The notes under the pieces: generated by a model
Database searches by the model: none
What the model saw: the letters and a program-made list of their open reading frames with translations, nothing else
Told to the model about the DNA's origin: nothing
Translations under genes and position numbers: made by a program
Part shown: piece by piece, positions 57,580 to 64,000 of the stretch
Layout: the number at the start of each line of letters is the position of its first letter
Position numbering within the stretch: position 1 is the stretch's first letter
From: Histomonas meleagridis 2922-C6/04-290x
Lineage: Eukaryota; Protista; Parabasalia
Direction: 5' to 3'
NCBI GenBank assembly: GCA_020184695.1
Contig: JAANOX010000269.1
Span: 248,001 to 312,000 of the forward strand
Length of the DNA stretch: 64,000 nucleotides

Positions 57580-58752
57580 TCATAGTAAAGAGTCAAAATC
57601 AATATCATCACTAAATTGTGATGTTGGACCAGAAAGTTTAAATCTATTTTGAGGTTTCTTATCAGAGAACTGTTCTTCAAATTGATTCATATTCTTCAAT
57701 ATATTTTCCTTATAAGAAATTGCTTTTAATGGTTTTTCTTTGGCATTTAACCCTTTCTTATTTTTATGATTATTTGAGGGTGATGTCATGATCTGATTAA
57801 GTAATGTTTCAAGCGATGGCTCTTTTGAATTTTCTAATTGAGTATTCAAGTCCGATTCATTATTTATTGTGGTAGATGTGACTGGTGGTGGATCTGGTTC
57901 TACTTGGAAAAATGGATGTTGTAATGCTTGAGAAGCACTTGGCCTCTTTGAGGGGTCATACTGAAGTAACTGCTGAAGGAGATTTATTGCATTTTTTGAT
58001 GCGTTTGGAATTATAGTTGCTAAATTAACAGATGGAGTGGGGTTAAATCTAACACCATGTTTATTTGCGAGTCGAATGCCATCAGGCCAATTTTTGGAAT
58101 TTGGAGATCCTAAAATAGCAATCGTTTTGTATAATTGATCTTGTTCTGAGATTCCAGGAAATAATGGTTTTCCTGTATATAGCTCAGCCATAATTACTCC
58201 AGCTGCCCAAATATCAACAGGAGAGTTGTAATTGGGCGATTTTAGTATGATCTCAGGTGCTCGATACCATCTTGTCGAAACATATTCCGTATATGGTGGC
58301 ATGCTACGAATTTCACGTGCAAGCCCAAAGTCAGCAATTTTTAATTTATCGCCTTTCCAGAGAAGATTGTCAGGTTTAATGTCACGATGAAAGAATCCTT
58401 GCCGATGGATATAAGCAAGCCCAGAGAAAATTTGTTTCATAATTGACTTAACTTCAGGTTCTGTATAACTTCCCTTTTCATTAATAGTGCGAAGTAATGA
58501 TTTTTCTCCTAATTCAAAGACTAAATATAAATAACCATTTTCTCTGAAAACTTGAAGAAGTCGAATAACATTTTCATGTTTCATTCGACGTAAGCTTTTG
58601 ACTTCTTTTAATTGAAGACATTCTTCAAAAGAAGAATATTTTTGTTTCATCTTCTTAATTGCAACTAATTCACCTGTTTGCTTATCTCGACATTTGGTGA
58701 CAATGCCAAAAGCACCATCACCTATTGTTTCTATTTCCTCAAAACGATTCAT
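57580..58752 (-). CDS. CMGC kinase of the MAK/ICK (RCK) family
   Basis: IGDGAFG, VAIKKMK, HRDIKPDN, DFGLARE, PPYTEYVSTRWYRAPE. Confidence 0.93.
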   Translation of the reverse strand: MNRFEEIETIGDGAFGIVTKCRDKQTGELVAIKKMKQKYSSFEECLQLKEVKSLRRMKHENVIRLLQVFRENGYLYLVFELGEKSLLRTINEKGSYTEPEVKSIMKQIFSGLAYIHRQGFFHRDIKPDNLLWKGDKLKIADFGLAREIRSMPPYTEYVSTRWYRAPEIILKSPNYNSPVDIWAAGVIMAELYTGKPLFPGISEQDQLYKTIAILGSPNSKNWPDGIRLANKHGVRFNPTPSVNLATIIPNASKNAINLLQQLLQYDPSKRPSASQALQHPFFQVEPDPPPVTSTTINNESDLNTQLENSKEPSLETLLNQIMTSPSNNHKNKKGLNAKEKPLKAISYKENILKNMNQFEEQFSDKKPQNRFKLSGPTSQFSDDIDFDSLL

Positions 58753-58918
58753 TTTTTTGTTTGTGCAAAATAACGTTTTTTTTTCAATCGGTGTCTGTTT
58801 ATTTCAAAAGTGCACGATAGAAGCAGTTTTTGTCTGAACATTTCTGGCAATTCTCTTCTTATGCCAGGGTGCCCCATAACACTTTCTGATGTTTTGAAAA
58901 TACTGACACTTTTTTCGA

Positions 58919-59635
58919 ATGGCAAGTGATTTGCTTTTTTATGCAAATGTTCAACATGATATTTCTCGTTATGAAGAATCACTCTCTTACCTTAAAGAAT
59001 TCATTTCACAAAAGTCAAATCTTAATAAAAAGGAAAGGGCAATTTTCGGTTTAATATATAAAGATGCAATAGACCAAACTAGAAATACACTTCGTATACT
59101 TTCAGATGATCTTGGAAACAAAGGAGCACCTGAACAAATGGCAGTTGTTCAACGTTATTTTGATAAATCTTTAAATGAATTAAATATTCAATGTAATGAG
59201 GCACTCTCAATTATAAATGATACACTCTTACCAAGCTCTGATGATTTGGTAGCAAAAGCGTTTTATTATAAGATGGCTGGGGATCTTTACAGATACATGT
59301 ATGAATTTTCCCAAACAAAAGAAAGTTCTTATCTTCAATCTGCTGAAACTGAATACAATAAAGCCATTGAGATATCATCAGCAAACTTACCATTCTCTCA
59401 TCCGGTTCGTCTTGGATCAATTCTTAATTACTCAGTTTTTCTATATGAACATTGTCATAATCGCGAAAAAGCAATCGAATTAGTGAAAACAGCGCTCTCT
59501 GATGTTGAAAAGGATACTACAACCTTAAGTAAGGGAACACAACTCGAAACAATAGATGTGATTAATGTTATGCAAAAAAATCTTGAGTACTGGGATATGT
59601 CATTGCAATCAAGTGATGAGGGTGATGATGAATAA
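58919..59635 (+). CDS. Divergent 14-3-3 protein
   Basis: YKDAIDQTR, KMAGDLYRY, HPVRLGSILNYSVFLYE; phosphopeptide-binding K/R/RY positions appear retained. Confidence 0.9.
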   Translation: MASDLLFYANVQHDISRYEESLSYLKEFISQKSNLNKKERAIFGLIYKDAIDQTRNTLRILSDDLGNKGAPEQMAVVQRYFDKSLNELNIQCNEALSIINDTLLPSSDDLVAKAFYYKMAGDLYRYMYEFSQTKESSYLQSAETEYNKAIEISSANLPFSHPVRLGSILNYSVFLYEHCHNREKAIELVKTALSDVEKDTTTLSKGTQLETIDVINVMQKNLEYWDMSLQSSDEGDDE

Positions 59636-59856
59636 ATTCATTTTGAAACATCAAATGAGATATACAAATTGTGAAAAATAAAAAAACAATGATATTTTAA
59701 ATTTATATTATTTTTTATGATTATAAGCAAAGAAAATAGATATTGTTAGCATATGAAAAGAAAATAGTAACCCTGAAGGATAAAACCATTTTAAGAAATC
59801 AAATTCCTTTTTACTTTGCCAATGCAACAATTTTTAAACGTTCGATTGTGGCAAAA

Positions 59857-61560
59857 ATGAGTTGGGGAGGTTCTGATCCACTATCTTCTGGAACAAATTT
59901 TTTGGGAGGTTCTGACCCATCATCTTCTGGGACAAATATTTGGGGAGGTTCTGACCTATCATCTTCTGGGACAAATATTTGGGGAGGTTTTGACCCATCA
60001 TCTTCTGGAACAAATACTTGGGGAGTACCCCCTGAACCAAAACAATGGTTGGATGAGCGGGGGAATTTCCCTACAAATAGTTGGCAAAATACTAATCAAT
60101 CAAATAAATCTAAAAATTCCACCTCAATTGGATCACAGAATAATACCCCTAAATCGGGATGGGGAAGTTCATCTAAAAAAGATAACAAAGTAAATGAAAC
60201 AAATGCAAAAGATAACAAAGTAACTGAAACAAATACAAAAGATAACAAAGTAACTGAAACAAACACAAAAGACAACAAAGTAACTGAAACAAATACAAAA
60301 GATAACAAAGTAAATGAAACAAATACAAAAAACAACAAAGTAAATGAAACAGTAACAGATAACAAAGTAAATGAAACAAATACAAAAAACAACAAAGTAA
60401 ATGAAACAGTAACAGATAACAAAGTAACTGAAACAAATACAAAAAATAACAAAGTAAATGAAACAGTAACAGATAACAAAGTAACTGAAACAAATACAAA
60501 AAATAACAAAGTAAATGAAACAGTAACAGATAACAAAGTAACTGAAACAAACACAAAAGATAACAAAGTAACTGAAACAAACACAAAAGATAACAAAGTA
60601 ACTGAAACAAATACAAAAAACAACAAAGTAAATGAAACAGTAACAGATAACAAAGTAACTGAAACAAATACAAAAAACAACAAAGTAAATGAAACAGTAA
60701 CAGATAACAAAGTAACTGAAACAAACACAAAAGATAACAAAGTAACTGAAACAAACACAAAAGATAACAAAGTAACTGAAACAAATACAAAAAACAACAA
60801 AGTAAATGAAACAGTAACAGATAACAAAGTAACTGAAACAAATACAAAAAACAACAAAGTAAATGAAACAAACGCAAAAAACAACAAAGTAACTGAAACA
60901 AATACAAAAGACAACAAAGTAACTGAAACAAATACAAAAGACAACAAAGTAAATGAAACAAATACAAAAAACAACAAAGTAAATGAAACAAATACAAAAA
61001 ACAACAAAGTAAATGAAACAAATACAAAAGACAACAAAGTAACTGAAACAAATACAAAAAACAACAAAGTAAATGAAACAAATACAAAAAACAACAAAGT
61101 AAATGAAACAAATACAAAAGACAACAAAGTAACTGAAACAAATACAAAAAACAACAAAGTAAATGAAACAAATACAAAAGACAACAAAGTAAATGAAACA
61201 AATACAAAAAACAACAAAGTAAATGAAACAAATACAAAAGACAACAAAGTAACTGAAACAAACACAAAAGATAACAAAGTAACTGAAACAAATACAAAAG
61301 ATAACAAAGTAACTGAAACAATATTAAATAAGGAAAACATACCTATTACAAAGAGTGAACAAAAATTGTCCATTCATAAAACAAAAAAGAAGCCCATTGT
61401 TGTACACACATATGGATTACCCTCACAGTTTTGTATATCATATTGTTATACAATGAAGGCATGCAATAAACACATGACAACAGAACAAATTGAGCAAGCT
61501 GTCCATAAAGCAGCTCAAACACTTCAACCTTGGATGAAGTCCGGATGTATAAATAAATAA
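59857..61560 (+). CDS. Low-complexity repeat protein: WGG repeats, long ETNTKDNKV(T/N) array, short unique C-terminus
   Basis: ATG 59857; the frame stays open through about 1.1 kb of repeats; unique C-terminal ~75 aa. Confidence 0.7.
   Translation: MSWGGSDPLSSGTNFLGGSDPSSSGTNIWGGSDLSSSGTNIWGGFDPSSSGTNTWGVPPEPKQWLDERGNFPTNSWQNTNQSNKSKNSTSIGSQNNTPKSGWGSSSKKDNKVNETNAKDNKVTETNTKDNKVTETNTKDNKVTETNTKDNKVNETNTKNNKVNETVTDNKVNETNTKNNKVNETVTDNKVTETNTKNNKVNETVTDNKVTETNTKNNKVNETVTDNKVTETNTKDNKVTETNTKDNKVTETNTKNNKVNETVTDNKVTETNTKNNKVNETVTDNKVTETNTKDNKVTETNTKDNKVTETNTKNNKVNETVTDNKVTETNTKNNKVNETNAKNNKVTETNTKDNKVTETNTKDNKVNETNTKNNKVNETNTKNNKVNETNTKDNKVTETNTKNNKVNETNTKNNKVNETNTKDNKVTETNTKNNKVNETNTKDNKVNETNTKNNKVNETNTKDNKVTETNTKDNKVTETNTKDNKVTETILNKENIPITKSEQKLSIHKTKKKPIVVHTYGLPSQFCISYCYTMKACNKHMTTEQIEQAVHKAAQTLQPWMKSGCINK
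60181..61320 (+). repeat. Coding minisatellite of 30-bp units with interspersed 27-bp variants
   Basis: GATAACAAAGTAA(C/A)TGAAACAAATACAAAA units and ...GAAACAGTAACA variants; all lengths are multiples of 3. Confidence 0.95.
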
Positions 61561-61939
61561 ATATTTTTTTTTTTTTTTATATAGTGTTCAAGTCATGACC
61601 CCCTCCTATTTCACTCAATAAAAGAAATAATATTTCGATTTTTATTTAATTAGTATAGTGTTTCTTACTGTGCTCAAATGATATGTTTAAATATTGTAAT
61701 TATTTTTTAAAGTCATTTTGAAGCTTTAGGAAACTTATTGGTTTTTGACTGATTAAAATTCATGTATATTTTTTTCTCATATCTTCTTAATATTTTTTAA
61801 TTATTCCAAATGATTGAAAATTACATGAGATGAGGTTAGATGATTAATGTGAGTTTGATGCTTATTCGCATTTTAAAATTTTCATTTTATTGGTTAGAAT
61901 ATAACCTTTGTGAACCATTCACCCATTTTGTCCCCACAC

Positions 61940-64000
61940 CAACCACACACGTACCACCCACCCACACACGTACCACCCACCCACACACGTACCACCCCCA
62001 CACACACACGTACCACACACACAAGTACCACACACACAAGTACCACACACACACAAGTACCACACACACAAGTACCACACACACAAGTACCACACACACA
62101 AGTACCACACACACAAGTACCACACACACAAGTACCACACACACAAGTACCACACACACAAGTACCACACACACAAGTACCACACACACAAGTACCACAC
62201 ACACAAGTACCACACACACAAGTACCACACACACAAGTACCACACACACAAGTACCACACACACAAGTACCACACACACAAGTACCACACACACAAGTAC
62301 CACACACACAAGTACCACACACACAAGTACCACACACACACAAGTACCACACACACAAGTACCACACACACAAGTACCACACACACAAGTACCACACACA
62401 CAAGTACCACACACACAAGTACCACACACACAAGTACCACACACACAAGTACCACACACACAAGTACCACACACACACAAGTACCACACACACAAGTACC
62501 ACACACACAAGTACCACACACACAAGTACCACACACACAAGTACCACACACACAAGTACCACACACACAAGTACCACACACACAAGTACCACACACACAA
62601 GTACCACACACACAAGTACCACACACACAAGTACCACACACACAAGTACCACACACACAAGTACCACACACACAAGTACCACACACACAAGTACCACACA
62701 CACAAGTACCACACACACAAGTACCACACACACAAGTAACCACACACACAAGTACCACACACACAAGTACCACACACACACAAGTACCACACACACAAGT
62801 ACCACACACACAAGTACCACACACACAAGTACCACACACACAAGTACCACACACACAAGTACCACACACACAAGTACCACACACACAAGTACCACACACA
62901 CAAGTACCACACACACAAGTACCACACACACAAGTACCACACACACAAGTACCACACACACAAGTACCACACACACAAGTACCACACACACAAGTACCAC
63001 ACACACAAGTACCACACACACAAGTACCACACACACAAGTACCACACACACAAGTACCACACACACAAGTACCACACACACAAGTACCACACACACAAGT
63101 ACCACACACACACAAGTACCACACACACAAGTACCACACACACAAGTACCACACACACAAGTACCACACACACAAGTACCACACACACAAGTACCACACA
63201 CACAAGTACCACACACACAAGTACCACACACACAAGTACCCCACACACACAAGTACCACACACACAAGTACCACACACACAAGTACCACACACACAAGTA
63301 CCACACACACAAGTACCACACACACAAGTACCACACACACAAGTACCACACACACAAGTACCACACACACAACACACAAGTACCACACACACAAGTACCA
63401 CACACACAAGTACCACACACACAAGTACCACACACACAAGTACCACACACACAAGTACCACACACACAAGTACCACACACACAAGTACCACACACACAAG
63501 TACCACACACACAAGTACCACACACACAAGTACCACACACACAAGTACCACACACACAAGTACCACACACACAAGTACCACACACACACAAGTACCACAC
63601 ACACAAGTACCACACACACAAGTACCACACACACACAAGTACCACACACACACAAGTACCACACACACAAGTACCACACACACAAGTACCACACACACAA
63701 GTACCACACACACAAGTACCACACACACAAGTACCACACACACACACGCCCCACACACACAAGTACCACACACACAAGTACCACACACACAAGTACCACA
63801 CACACAAGTACCACACACACAAGTACCACACACACAAGTACCACACACACAAGTACCACACACACACAAGTACCACACACACACAAGTACCACACACACA
63901 AGTACACACAGTACCACACACACAAGTACCACACACACAAGTACCACACACACAAGTACCACACACACAAGTACCACACACACAAGTACCACACACACAA
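61940..64000. repeat. Tandem satellite, 15-bp unit AAGTACCACACACAC, running off the window end
   Basis: About 2 kb of near-perfect units with occasional extra-CA variants; degenerate 19/21-bp CGTAC units at the proximal edge. Confidence 0.97.

Noticed and set aside
60096-61373. Antisense ORFs of 425 and 382 aa
   Set aside because: Shadows of the coding minisatellite. Only the plus frame joins unique N- and C-terminal sequence.
61840-64000. Long ORFs (299-703 aa) on both strands in the satellite
   Set aside because: The 15-bp unit has no stop in these frames; the VCVVL/CVWYL/THTST products are artefacts.
1-64000. Genome-wide reassignment of TGA, suggested by TGAs at 574, 709, 12959, 50696-50701 and 52134
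   Set aside because: The long conserved genes use TGG for Trp with no internal TGA, and several genes end at TGA. In AT-rich DNA a reassigned TGA would be common. Only locus-specific readthrough remains open.
1-64000. tRNA, rRNA, CRISPR arrays, transposase or Maverick genes
   Set aside because: No T-loop/cloverleaf, rRNA-like segment, repeat-spacer array or integrase motif seen by eye; a covariance-model scan would be needed to exclude small RNAs.

Overview
AT-rich, gene-dense eukaryotic DNA whose gene content (BspA-like LRR genes, DUF3447-type ankyrin gene, large TM+PAS adenylyl cyclase, several Rabs, M3-like AACGGTT motifs, TAAA at stops) points to a parabasalid (trichomonad-type) genome. 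I can support about 36 intact or nearly intact CDSs, 4 pseudogene-like loci, two coding minisatellites, a 23-bp perfect inverted repeat and a terminal ~2 kb 15-bp CA-rich satellite. I found no tRNA, rRNA, CRISPR, transposase or canonical trichomonad (ACTAAC..CAG) intron. The strongest unexplained signal is six AT-rich inserts (40-80 nt) at the same position of ankyrin repeats in two separate loci. They lack usable GT-AG ends, and three break the frame, yet the ankyrin frame resumes intact afterwards, so they look like a non-canonical intron or recoding class. Also notable: the satellite (telomere-like gradient but C-rich strand facing the end), an isolated in-frame TGA in a ~1200-codon UBR ligase, a Cys-rich mini-ORF with TGA-TGA, an ORC6-like gene, and a WG-repeat protein. 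Family calls are by motif recognition only; no database searches were run.
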